Positions 51,381 through 62,331 of a stretch of 64,000 nucleotides of DNA are shown here, piece by piece. This DNA is from Psammoneis japonica (taxonomy: Eukaryota). The stretch lies in NCBI GenBank assembly GCA_008632985.1, contig QPGO01000150.1, positions 62,001 through 126,000 on the forward strand, read 5' to 3'. Each line of letters begins with the position of its first letter. Positions within the stretch are counted from its first letter, which is position 1. Position numbers and translations under genes: made by a program. A model generated the notes under the pieces. That model had not been told where the DNA came from. It ran no database searches and saw nothing but the letters and a program-made list of their open reading frames with translations.

Positions 51381-51920
51381 ATGGAAACGTACTTGAGTCA
51401 GGGGGACGACCAGTTTGTCGTCAATAGCACCCTTGGCAAGAGATGTCGTCTTTGTATTACAGGAGACATGAGTGAAAGCGTTGTTCAAAGTCACCTAAAT
51501 GGAAAGAAACACAGGGACAAGCGTTTGCGGATTGGAAAAGGCATTCGTGCTCATGATGATGCAACGACAGCTCTGTTGGGACGGATCAAGTCACTTGGAT
51601 TGCCCAGGTGGAGGTGGAGAGTGAAGGCAATGCTGATGGATTACGTTCAAGGAGGAGGTAGTCGTCGCCGCACGCATGCTCTTTACGACGAGGCAAAGGC
51701 GATGCTGGAACACTACGAAAAGATGGAGCGTTTGTCGCTGTTGGAACTTGCGGTTTGGAAGGCTAGTCTTGAGAGCGATCCATTCTTTCAAACCATGGAT
51801 GACCTTGACGCATACTGGACACTAGAACGTGGGTTTGATCCGGTTGCCTACAAGAATAAACGTCGAGTCACGAGCGGCATTGCCATCGTTATTCAAGGCG
51901 CTCTTCCGTTTCTCGGGTGA
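51381..51920 (+). CDS. Small U1-type C2H2 zinc-finger protein with LELAVWKA domain, copy 1
   Basis: CRLC...SHLNGKKH and LSLLELAVWKA...SGIAIVIQGALPFL. Confidence 0.8.
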   Translation: METYLSQGDDQFVVNSTLGKRCRLCITGDMSESVVQSHLNGKKHRDKRLRIGKGIRAHDDATTALLGRIKSLGLPRWRWRVKAMLMDYVQGGGSRRRTHALYDEAKAMLEHYEKMERLSLLELAVWKASLESDPFFQTMDDLDAYWTLERGFDPVAYKNKRRVTSGIAIVIQGALPFLG

Positions 51921-52552
51921 ATCAATGTGTAGTAAAACATAGTGTAGAGTATTTGAGTGTCTTCTAATTGCTAGAGTAATACTCTTGAATCTTGATCCCT
52001 GAACTCTAGTAGAGTTTATCAGACGAATCTACAGTGCGTAATTTCGATGAGCCCTTACCAGTTTGCAGCCCAGATCATGTTATACAAGCTGTTCCGGTCG
52101 CTATAAGAATTTGGTCACATGCTGGGCAATCGAGGAGAAGTCTAGTTCTCAAGACACGCTGTCGCTAAAGGAAGTCATTTCTGGCTCTTCGCTACTACTG
52201 CAATGCGAGAGATTTCACGCAACAATAATTTATAGCATGCATGCACGGAAATCTGTTTTGGTGTAAATGGGGACGCTACTAGTAGTAGGCAGTAGATACT
52301 TGTCTGTGGCTAAAGTGTGTGTTTTCCCTTTCAAGCGTTTGGTACAAAGATTACGCCGCTTTGAAATTTTGGGTGCGTTTCTAATAAGTGATGGTCGCGA
52401 AAGGCCAGCCCTTTCGGGTTTTCTGGTAACGCGTTTGTACGGATATTACGAGTACTCTTTTAAATTTTGGACGACATTTTGGTCACATTGCAACACACCT
52501 ACTAGTAGTCTCATTATACTGGACGGGTAGGGACCTTCATCTTGTCTTGACA

Positions 52553-53101
52553 ATGGCTGCGTACTGGAGCCCTCAGGGAGGACAGAAGTTTATCGTCAAT
52601 GGCACATGTGGCAAGAGATGTCTTCTTTGTGATACTGGAGACATGACGGGTGAAAGCGTTGTTCGAAGCCACCTGAATGGAAGGAATCACAGGCAGGCCA
52701 AACGTCAGTGCTTTGAAAACGGCTGTCTTGCTAATAATTATGCAGCGGAAGCTTTATCTGAACGGATCGATTCGCTTGGACTGCCCAGGTGGAGGTGGAG
52801 AGAAAAGGCGATGCTGCTAGATTACGTTCAGGGAGGAGATTGTAGTCCTCACACGAACGCCCTTTACGACGAGGCAAAGGCGATGCTGGAACACTACGAA
52901 AAGATGGAGCGCTTATCCCTTTTGGAACTTGCCGTTTGGAAGGCTAGTCTTGAGAGCGATCCATTCTTTCAAACCATGGACGACCTTGACGCGTACTGGA
53001 CGCTAGAACGTGGGTTTGATCCGGTTGCCTACAAGAACGAACGTCGAGTCACGAGTGGCATTACCGTCCTTATTCAAGGCGTTCTTCCGTTTCTGGGGTG
53101 A
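52553..53101 (+). CDS. Small U1-type C2H2 zinc-finger protein with LELAVWKA domain, copy 2
   Basis: Tandem paralog of 51381-51920. The flanks are also duplicated (unit about 1.2 kb). Confidence 0.8.
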   Translation: MAAYWSPQGGQKFIVNGTCGKRCLLCDTGDMTGESVVRSHLNGRNHRQAKRQCFENGCLANNYAAEALSERIDSLGLPRWRWREKAMLLDYVQGGDCSPHTNALYDEAKAMLEHYEKMERLSLLELAVWKASLESDPFFQTMDDLDAYWTLERGFDPVAYKNERRVTSGITVLIQGVLPFLG

Positions 53102-53861
53102 ATCAATGTAGAGTAAAACATAGTGTTGAGGATTTGAGTGTCTTTTAACTGCTAGCGAATATAAGAAAAAACGAAATTGTCTGCCCCAAGGTGTCAGGTC
53201 TTTAATCTTGATCCCCCAACTCTAGGTTTACGGTATCAATCTAGCATGCAACTTCGATGAGCAAGAACCAGTTCGCAGCCCAGACCGTGCTATACAAAGT
53301 GTTACGGCCACCGACAGAATTCGGCCTTATGCTGCATGACCTCTTTACTGAATTGAAGTCTAGTTTGCAAAACGCGCTGTTGATCAAATAAGTCCTTTCT
53401 CTTATGCTGCAAACTGCTTGAACAAAAAACTTTCGCTCGCTCGGTCGTGTCTCGCCTTGACTACTTTAGAGAGTTCGCCTTCTCATAGCACATGATAAGG
53501 TTTATCTGGGGTGGACTCTCTAGAAAAGACTTCGCATTCTACACCGTAGCCCGTGCACCCAACATACCTTTTGATCCTATTGAGAGCAAAGCCGTTGCGG
53601 CTTCGTGGCGATCGAGCGATCGGTGTGTGCTTCTGATGGATGAAGCAGCATTACGCATAGTAGACGCATGATTCTTTCTTGTCAGGATAAGCGGGAATAA
53701 CAAATAACTATAATAACGACGTCCGTGTGCATGCAATTACGTAAAGTTTCTACCTTTCTTTTGGCGGAAGAACGAAAGTCCAACTGGGCATCCCCGGGAA
53801 AGACTTAACGCAGTGCTTTTACATCTTCCCTTTCACTAACACCTGTGAAACAACAATGGGT

Positions 53862-56618
53862 TCAGTGTGAAGCCCAGAATCTGCCGTCTACATGCTCCGG
53901 TCGATTAAAGAAATCGGTCATATGCTGCGCAACCTTTTTGCTGTTTTCGCATCTTTCTTGCTCATCGACAAAATCAAGCTCGCTGAATACATTGTCGATC
54001 AAAAGAAGAATCAGCACTTCCCGGACATCCGCTTGGCTTCCTTCACCTTCTCGCCGGGATGTATACTTGGCAATAATATCTTTGATCAGAGGTCCCCAGT
54101 CCATTGACTGAATCAAATAATCATCCAGGAACTCGTTAAGCAATGCACCGACGACCACCCAATTTGTCATCAGAGTCGGCACTTCCTTGTCAATACTGTT
54201 AACCACGACCGTGGCATGGAAAACATGGGCGAATGAGCCGGACAGTCCAACCGTCTGGCTGGATAAGCCGGGCGTTCTAATCTTCGCCACCCCCGAAAAG
54301 TCGCGGTCATAGGTGTATTTGAACGACGTACTCATCTCCGAGGGCAGAGCGTCTTTTGGTATTACGTGTCTTCTCTTTTTCAACGAGCCTCGTAGAGAGA
54401 TTATTATTTTTAAGCGCGTCAAACTTGGATTGTCTGACGACTCAGCCTCTTTCTCAGATTCGCGATTTGACAACTCCTCGGTGATGCTTAGCCGTTGTAG
54501 TATCTCGGTAACCTTCCCAGCCGACCGCAGAGAGTCACCAATTGCCAGAAGAAACGTTTTGGTGAAATGACCTTTGGAGGGCTTTGTGCTTCGCCAAATT
54601 GCTTTGGATTTGCTGAAAACACCAAATATCCCATCCATTACCGGGTGTCGTTCCATAAGGCCACGTTCGAGAAGTGCATGGTATAAATGGAAGCATACGC
54701 AAGCTTGGTTCAAACGATTAATCGTGTTTGCGCCAGACTTGATGGAAGCAACATATGAAGTGAATAACAAATAGTTTCCAGCAACAAGAGGGTTCCAAAA
54801 GGCCCGCAGTCTAGTGGACATTGAACTTTTGGGATTTCCGACCGGAAAGTTATTATAAAATTCCAGCCATTGTTCTGGGGATTTCATAGAACTCTCCTTT
54901 TCTCTCTCCACTATATCCTTCACCTGTTTACTGCATGCCTCATAGGCAAGTTTCGCTTGCAGCGCAGTCCGTTGAAGATCAGAATCACCTTGGATTGTCA
55001 GGAAGCCCATAAACATGGCATGCACGGCAAATGAAGCCGATAGCGGCACATTCTTATCGCCTCCTCTGCACAATTCCATTAACTCTCGATACAAAGGAAA
55101 GAGAGTCTCCGGAATGGCTTTAGTTTTCATTTGCTTCCGAAAGGAGTCGGTTCCGCATACACTAAAGAGCTCGGGCAAGATTGTTTCGAGCAGCAGCCTG
55201 TCGAAGCATGCATCGCTCGTTGACTTGGCTGGATTTCGGTTTTCGTCCCAGGATGGCCATGTCCCTTCCGGCTGGGGGACACCTCTCGGAAGAAACGTCG
55301 TTAGACCTTGCAAAAGAGAGTGCGTATGCAAAATGTTATTGTCCCCACTCAAGGCGTTGTAGTTTTCCAGCCACGTGTTACCGCCCGCCAGGCCGGGGTT
55401 ACGAACACAAAAATCTTTGAAATTGTCCGTTTCCTGTACTTTCGCTTTGACGGTGTCGGATCCTACCTCGAAAACACCTGCCAAAATGACAATTGTGGAG
55501 GCTTTTTTGACGACCTTGACATCAATGCCAGATTCACGAGCAAAATCATCTTCAAAATCTTCGTTAGCACCAAGTCCAGCATTCAAGGGCAATCGAAACC
55601 CAACCTCAATACACTTGGCTATAAAATCCAATACCATGTTTGGTTTTTTAGCAAGTCGCTTTCGGTCAATCATTTCATCAAGCTCGGCAACCAGTTTGAC
55701 TTTGCGCCAAAAAGCTGCCGCGAGCACGTGATAGAACGATTTGGACACTTGCGGACAGTCGACAAAGAGAGACCGTTCCATACTGCGAACGTCGTCGATC
55801 GCCACGTTGATGACGGCCGCTATTTTCATCAGTTCCACGACCGTCTCTTGTTGATCGAGCATGCCCTGCTTTTTCCCGCTGGCGCCGTCATGATTTTGAT
55901 CGTTTCTCTTACTCTCCAGCATACTCTTCAAGTGCTTGAGATGATGCATGGCATTTGCCAATATGACATCGACGCCATAAAGAAACAATAACGCGTGAAA
56001 CGATGTCGATCCATTGATAAGATCGTCCTCGATCGAATACTTGCGCTCTGGTTCTTTCGGCTTGGTTGCTTTATAAAGCTCTTTTGCGTCTTGGCTATCT
56101 TGTCCTACAGAGTGCAGCGCTTCATCGTCGGCATCGATGTCATCGTCCAACTCGAGGGCATCAAAACGATTTCCAGCCGCTTCTACTTCTTGTTCACTAA
56201 TAAGATCTTTTTCTTGTGTCTTGACCGATTTGATCTTGAACCCCCTCTCCCCCGTGAGCTGCTGACTCAATTCTTGTGCCTTATACAGTACACCCCTGCA
56301 ATACTTGAGCATCGCCAGCATGTATTCATGTCCATCATCATGATTCTCCCCGTACGCTGTTGCAACTTGTTCTCGGAGTTCTATCGATTCCTCAAGATTG
56401 GCAAGAAGATCCTTATTCACCAACTTATTATTGCTCGACTTATTATTGGCAACAGTACGCCACTGTTGTTTCTGTTGCTCGACAAGTTTGTTCAGGATAA
56501 ACTCGGACGCATTCCCCAGGTCAGCAACATATTTTAAAGAAAAATTAGAAGGAAGCAGCCGGGCAAGACCATCGCGAAAGGCCCGAGTCTTCTCCTTGTA
56601 GCGAGCATAAGAAGTCAT
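53862..56618 (-). CDS. 918-aa protein with DUF6604-like N-terminus
   Basis: YARYKEKT...LEESIELRE...GHEYMLAML...NRFDAL pattern, recognised from memory of the family. Confidence 0.65.
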   Translation of the reverse strand: MTSYARYKEKTRAFRDGLARLLPSNFSLKYVADLGNASEFILNKLVEQQKQQWRTVANNKSSNNKLVNKDLLANLEESIELREQVATAYGENHDDGHEYMLAMLKYCRGVLYKAQELSQQLTGERGFKIKSVKTQEKDLISEQEVEAAGNRFDALELDDDIDADDEALHSVGQDSQDAKELYKATKPKEPERKYSIEDDLINGSTSFHALLFLYGVDVILANAMHHLKHLKSMLESKRNDQNHDGASGKKQGMLDQQETVVELMKIAAVINVAIDDVRSMERSLFVDCPQVSKSFYHVLAAAFWRKVKLVAELDEMIDRKRLAKKPNMVLDFIAKCIEVGFRLPLNAGLGANEDFEDDFARESGIDVKVVKKASTIVILAGVFEVGSDTVKAKVQETDNFKDFCVRNPGLAGGNTWLENYNALSGDNNILHTHSLLQGLTTFLPRGVPQPEGTWPSWDENRNPAKSTSDACFDRLLLETILPELFSVCGTDSFRKQMKTKAIPETLFPLYRELMELCRGGDKNVPLSASFAVHAMFMGFLTIQGDSDLQRTALQAKLAYEACSKQVKDIVEREKESSMKSPEQWLEFYNNFPVGNPKSSMSTRLRAFWNPLVAGNYLLFTSYVASIKSGANTINRLNQACVCFHLYHALLERGLMERHPVMDGIFGVFSKSKAIWRSTKPSKGHFTKTFLLAIGDSLRSAGKVTEILQRLSITEELSNRESEKEAESSDNPSLTRLKIIISLRGSLKKRRHVIPKDALPSEMSTSFKYTYDRDFSGVAKIRTPGLSSQTVGLSGSFAHVFHATVVVNSIDKEVPTLMTNWVVVGALLNEFLDDYLIQSMDWGPLIKDIIAKYTSRREGEGSQADVREVLILLLIDNVFSELDFVDEQERCENSKKVAQHMTDFFNRPEHVDGRFWASH

Positions 56619-57312
56619 TTTATGCTATGCTCGTTGCGTGTTATCTGCTTGGTATATGATTTCACTTGTGTCTCGATTGACTACGTTATAGATCGTACTG
56701 GTCCCTTACTATTACGGATGCAACACAACGTTGCTGCGACGACGACTTGAGACTGGACGCCATGGAGTGTACGGTGTGCGGTATGCAGTATCCATGCGTA
56801 CCGGTATCCGCGAAATTCATTCATATCATGTTGGAGAACAATAACGCGGCCTGTACGTCGTCGCGCGCACGCGCGAATGGACCGGCAAAAGCGAGCAAGC
56901 AGCTGCCTGGCTGGACCCGACCTCCCAAGCCGGGAGTGGGCTGGACCGAAAAACTCGGTCCATTTTCGTCGCGCGCACGCGCAAATAAGGGTGGTGCAAC
57001 ATGCAGCTACTGACAAGAGTTAATGTATCACGGCGACGTGTTACAGCCTTTAAATGTCACAAAGGGCGTGACAAAAATAACCTTTTGTCTGCATGCATGC
57101 TGCAGTGGGTCGGTTGCCACTTTTTTTAGCTCGAATTCGGCCGAACAGCTCGTGTTTTGCATGATTTTTCCTGAATTTCACCGTGCTTCACCGTGGTGAA
57201 AACAACAAGCCACAAGTCTGTGATGGAGGTGGTCCGTCTGCCAACTCTCATTCATTTTGTGTTTGTTGTGTGTCAAAGATTGCGCACACACATGAAAAGT
57301 TGGCAGGTGCTC

Positions 57313-57570
57313 TCCAGCTCCAGGTGGGACCTCGCACTGCTGCACTGTGACATCAACAGTTTTTTGGATTGCGATGCGTTCCAGCTCTGGGTGGGACCTT
57401 GCACTGCTGCACTGTGACATCAACAGTTTTTTGGATTGCGATGCATTCCAGCTCTGGGTGGGACCTTGCACTGCTGCACTGTGACATCAACAGTTTTTTG
57501 GATTGCGATGCGCCCCAGCTCTGGGTGGGACTTCGCACTGCTGCACTGCGGCATCAACAGTTTTTTGGAT
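57313..57570. repeat. 67-bp tandem repeat, 4 copies, with dispersed copies near 57700, 59340 and 63700 (inverted)
   Basis: Unit TCCAGCTCTGGGTGGGACCTTGCACTGCTGCACTGTGACATCAACAGTTTTTTGGAT... starts at 57313, 57380, 57447 and 57514. Confidence 0.95.
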
Positions 57571-59866
57571 CGCGTTGCATGTCGCGCACGCACATTTCTG
57601 CGTGTTGCATTCTACGAAATTGTTTCATGCTCCCTGTTTTGCGAAGCCAAAGGCTTTCTATTTTCAACATTTGTGAGAATGAAAGACGCGTTCCAGGTCC
57701 AGGTGGGGGACCTTGTGCTGCTGAACTGTGACATCGACAGTTTTTTGAATCGCGTCGCATGTCGCGCGCGCACATTTCTGTGTGATTTTGGCAAAATTTT
57801 GCATGATTTCACAGTGCAATTGTCAGGCCATCCATTGAACAACTTTTAACATTTTTTTCTTCTGCGCCATTCTTGAGTGTCTTGAGAATGGCACAGGGCA
57901 GGCTTGTCATCCAAAACCCCAAGTGCCAACAGGGGCAGATGTGCTGCAAACTTGGCCGTTTTTTTCGTGTCGAAGACAAATGCATCCATCAACCAGAGTG
58001 TGAACTGCAGAGCTTGCACGCAGAATTCTGCTGGGCAAATGTCACAAAAAGTCCCACCTGGGGCTGGAACCCATCAAAAATGCGCTGGGTGTGTTCTTTG
58101 ATGTCTGAAGAATGCACCCGGGCAAACTGTCAATGATGTGCTCCAAGCATGAAGGAGGAGATGCGTTCGTAAAATTGCCTCTCTTTCTGTTGGCAATCAT
58201 TTGCATTTTCATTGCAGCACAAATTTGCTGTGGAGCTCACACGCAGAATTCTGTGGGCCCAATGTCACACGAAGTCCCACCCAGGACTGGAACCCATCAA
58301 CAGCATGTGCACTTTGCCGCGCACTTTCTTCATCTCACCATTGCAGCATTGGCGTGAAGCAGCACAAGCAGCAGGCCGTGGTGGAGCTGTTCTGCATCAA
58401 TGCATTTCTAGCCAGAGAGGGGATGGAGAGAAAAGGGTGGGCCGAGGGTGCGGACAGATGGTTGAGAGGAAGAATCAGTGACAGTGGGGTGGCAAAGGAG
58501 ACGAGCTTGATGAGACTGAGAATTTGAGAGGCCCAGAGTGGAGGGGTTGAAGCATGATGGGAGGAGCCAAAAGAGTCATTTCCAGGGCACATTGGAGTGG
58601 GCGAGGAGGTCAGAAGGTGCCAAGAGTGAGCTGGCAAAGGCAGGGAAAGATGCTCAGGAGTTTGAAAAGGAGGATGGGCTTGTCCAGGATGGTTTGGGAG
58701 CAATGGGAATCATTCGGGTCCTGAGAGTCATCACGCAGAAATTGTGTGGGAGAGTGCCAAAAACAATTGTCATCAGTCTGTCCATCTGTCTGCATGCGAA
58801 CATCAACTTCTCGGGAAATCAATTGAAATGCTGTCTGATTGACGGCATTTTGATTCACATGGTGAAGGCCAATGCCATCAATCAGATGGCGTTTCAATTC
58901 AGTTCCTGAAAAGTCATTAGCTCCAATCACTCTCTCGTGCAACATTGTGCACATTTCCACACAATTTTGTGTTTTTCCTTGTGTGAAACATCAATTGTGA
59001 CCCACGCGACATTTTCGAATGATTCCTGTTGAAGGGGCAGGATGGAGGCAGATGTTGTGACAGAGGTGCCAAAGAAAATGCATGGAAATGACTGCCGATG
59101 CCGCCAAGGTTGTTGAATGTAAAAGGAAGGAGAAAGAGTCCTGCCTGCTTGGTTGACAGCATCGATGATGTCAGAGCCATTGGTGGATGATGCAGAGCGA
59201 CCAAGGAGCTTGCACCATGGATTCGTGATGTGATCATTTGTGTCAAACCCAGCACTGCTTGAATTGTGTCCAAACCAGCTCTTCCCTTGATGAGCATGAT
59301 TGGCTTCATGCAAAACTCCAAAAGAGCAACAGACGTGCTCCAGCTCTGGGTGGGACCTCGCACTGCTGCACTGTGACATCAACAGTTTTTTGGATCACGT
59401 CGCATGTCGCACACACACATTTCCATGTGTTGCATTCTCCAAAATTGTTTCATGCTCCCTGTTTTGCGAAGCCAAAGGCTTTCTATTTTCAACATTCATG
59501 AGAATGAAAATGTGCTGGGCATGTTCTTCAATGTCTGAAGAACACACCCGGGCAAACCACAAATGATGCACTCCAAGCATGCAGGAGGAGATGCGTTGGC
59601 TTTCTGTTTTTAACATTTGTGAGAATGAAAATGCACTGGGTGCATTCTTTGATGTCTGAAGAACATGCCTGGGCAAACTGTCAATGATGTGCTTCAAGCA
59701 TGCCGGAGGAGATCCGTTCATAAAACTGCCTCTTTTTCTGTTGGCAATCATTCACATTTTCATTGCAGCACAAATTTGCTGCGGAGCTCGCACGTGGAAT
59801 TCTGTGGGCCCAATGTCACACGGAGTCCCACCTGTGGCTGGAACCCTTTGGCAGATGGCAAACTGC

Positions 59867-62331
59867 TGCAGTGGGCATCCCTGCCGTGGCCGCCGATGAT
59901 GCCACTTTCCTGCATCTGCAGGCTGTCTGCAGCAACGCTGATCCTGCAGAAGCGCACACTGGATGACGCGACTCCTGATGTGAGACCTGCGATGGTCTGC
60001 GGGAGATCTGCTTGACTGAGACCGGCGTGACTGGCCATCGCACAAGTGACTCACCTTGCATGAAGGGTGTCTGCAGGATGTGCACAGTGCCAAGTGTGAC
60101 TGATTCCACAAAAGGACTCAAACTCCGCATGTCTCACTGTTGCACACGCACATGCTCCACGCAAAACAAGCTCACAATTTTCACAACACCAAAATCTCTA
60201 CGTCACAAGCACTCATTCCCCATTTCTGCATGGGCCACACCAATGTTGCTCCCTGCAAGTGCAAGAATGGTTTGCTTGAACAACAATGAAGGTCGGCCAC
60301 ATGGCATTTAGCACATTTGTGACACAGGCGGTCGTTCCACCAATTGCCTTTCAACGTCCGGTTGAGAGGGTTCTGAAAGAGAGCCAACATCAGACGCATG
60401 AACTGCACACAAATCCGAATGACCCGGATGGTCCCACGTGTTAACTTGCGGTTGCCCACTTCTCGGCGGAGTCACCTGAAGAATGGCTCCTTTTCTTAAA
60501 GGGCTGTGACCGCATTTGTGTTGGACAAAACATTGCGACAGGACCCGGAAAATTTTCACTTGTGAGAAGGCCGTTGGAGGGCAAAGCTCTCACAGCCTTT
60601 GACAATGCTGTGGCAAATGAGAGTGCAGAAACAGCGGCATCACTGGCACATTGCATTGCTGCCATTGCTGAAAGTGTCTTCCCAGAAAGGGCTGCATTGA
60701 CACAAAAACGCTGTTTGAAGCGTTTCACGCAAAAACCATTGAACATCAAAATGCACAATTGTGTTGCTTGTGCCATGGAAATGAACGCGCACATTCCAAA
60801 ATTTCCACCTGTGCAAGATGGTGGACCAGCACCACAAGCGCTGTCGGAAGACAATTTGGTTGATCTGTTTGAACAACGTGTTCCAGTCCCAGGTGATGCA
60901 CAAAACGACAATTGATTTTGAACACAATTTATGTGTCTTTTAGCGCATGTGGCATTTTCATGTAAAACACTTGGACGGATTGAATTTTGTGGGCTTTTAG
61001 AGCATGAACATTTAAATGGTTTTTTGAGGGGTGTTCAAGTCCTCATGGGACATGTGTCACAAAGTTCCTCAGCAGACTCAATGCTGATTGCATGTCAGCA
61101 GATTTATGCTGAGATTTCTTTGCAGGCAGAAAACCTGCCAAGTGGCCTTGTAGAAAGACATGTTTTGGTGACATCCAAATGACAGCAACATTTTCGCCAA
61201 AAATCATCCGTTGTGTTGCAAATCTCTCAACGCAATGAAAAACACAGATGGCACAATGACAATGACATTGCAACACTCACACGAGTCTTGTCATTGTTGC
61301 AAAACATCTGCATTTGTGCGAATCTATGCTTTTGGTGGTGAAAGTTCAATCGCAAGCCAGGGACCGCGCAAAAATCGCGCAAATGTCGTTTTTGTGCACG
61401 ATTTGGTTCACGTGCGGCTGGAACACGTCAAACATGGCATTCCACGACCATGGCAGCACCAGATGAAGTTGCAAGGATTCAATCCCTTGGCGCACACCAT
61501 TCCAGAATTTGTCTCATTCTGTGAGCATGTTGAAGAAGTTGAGGCTGCTGACAAGCTCACAGCCTCTGCCTCACCTGAAGACGACCCTGAAGACATCCCT
61601 GAAGACAACCCTGAAGATGACCCTGAAGACGCAGAGGTGGTGGACGATCTGACTCCACATCAACGACCAAGTCGTGAGAGTCGTGCGCCAAGCAAGTTGA
61701 CATCGGTGGCAAAGAAGCGAGCTTCGATGATGTCAGATGCTGCGTGCAACAGGAAGTGCATGCTCCGCTGCATGACATCAGCTCAGAAAACGATTGACGC
61801 ACGCCCAAGTGGCGAAATGTCTGCTGAAATGGCAACAATGACAATGACATCCTTTGTGTGTGAGAAGGCATGTGTGCTGGTTTTTTGGACACACCAAAAA
61901 ATGTCCTTTTCCAGCAGTGGGACCCTTCTGTCACTCACACAACCTTGTCACAGGGGCGAGTGCAGCAGGCATCCCTTCCGTGGCCACCAATGATGCCACT
62001 TTCCTGCATCTGCAGGCTGTCCGCAGCAACGCTGATCCCGCAGAAGCGCACACCAGATGACGCAACTCCCGACGCGAGACCTGTGATGGTCCACAGGAGA
62101 TCCATGTGGCTGAGACCGGCGTGACTGGCCATCGCGCAAGTGACTCACCTTGTGTGAAGGGCATCCGCAGGATGCATGCAGTGCCAAGTGTGACTGATTC
62201 CTCGAAAGGACTCAAACTCCGCATGTCTTGCTGTCGCACATGCACATGCTCCACACAAAATAAGCTCACAATTTTCACAACACCGAAACCTCTACGTCAT
62301 GAGCACTTGTTCCCTGTTTCTGCATGGGTCA
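59867..62331 (+). mobile_element. Short gag-only non-autonomous LTR retroelement
   Basis: 371-bp LTRs at 59867-60237 and 61961-62331, TSD CTGC, PPT AGGGGCGAG. Gag-like VFPERAALTQKR...KP...FPP...GIPRPWQ..QGFNP..EFVSFCE. No pol remnant seen. Confidence 0.9.
60876..61428. mobile_element. 553-bp MITE-like insertion in gag
   Basis: TIR ACGTGTTCCAG...CTGGAACACGT plus a subterminal inverted TGCACAAAACGACA match. Flanks are TGAACA and CAAACA. Removing it rejoins DLFE-HGIP. Confidence 0.85.

Noticed and set aside
56855..56990. Repeated CGTCGCGCGCACGCGC motif as a mobile-element end
   Set aside because: Only two short direct copies with no TSD or partner terminus found. It may be a promoter motif but is unsupported.
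57313..57570. CRISPR array
   Set aside because: The units are contiguous 67-bp repeats with no unique spacers, there are no cas genes, and the context is eukaryotic.
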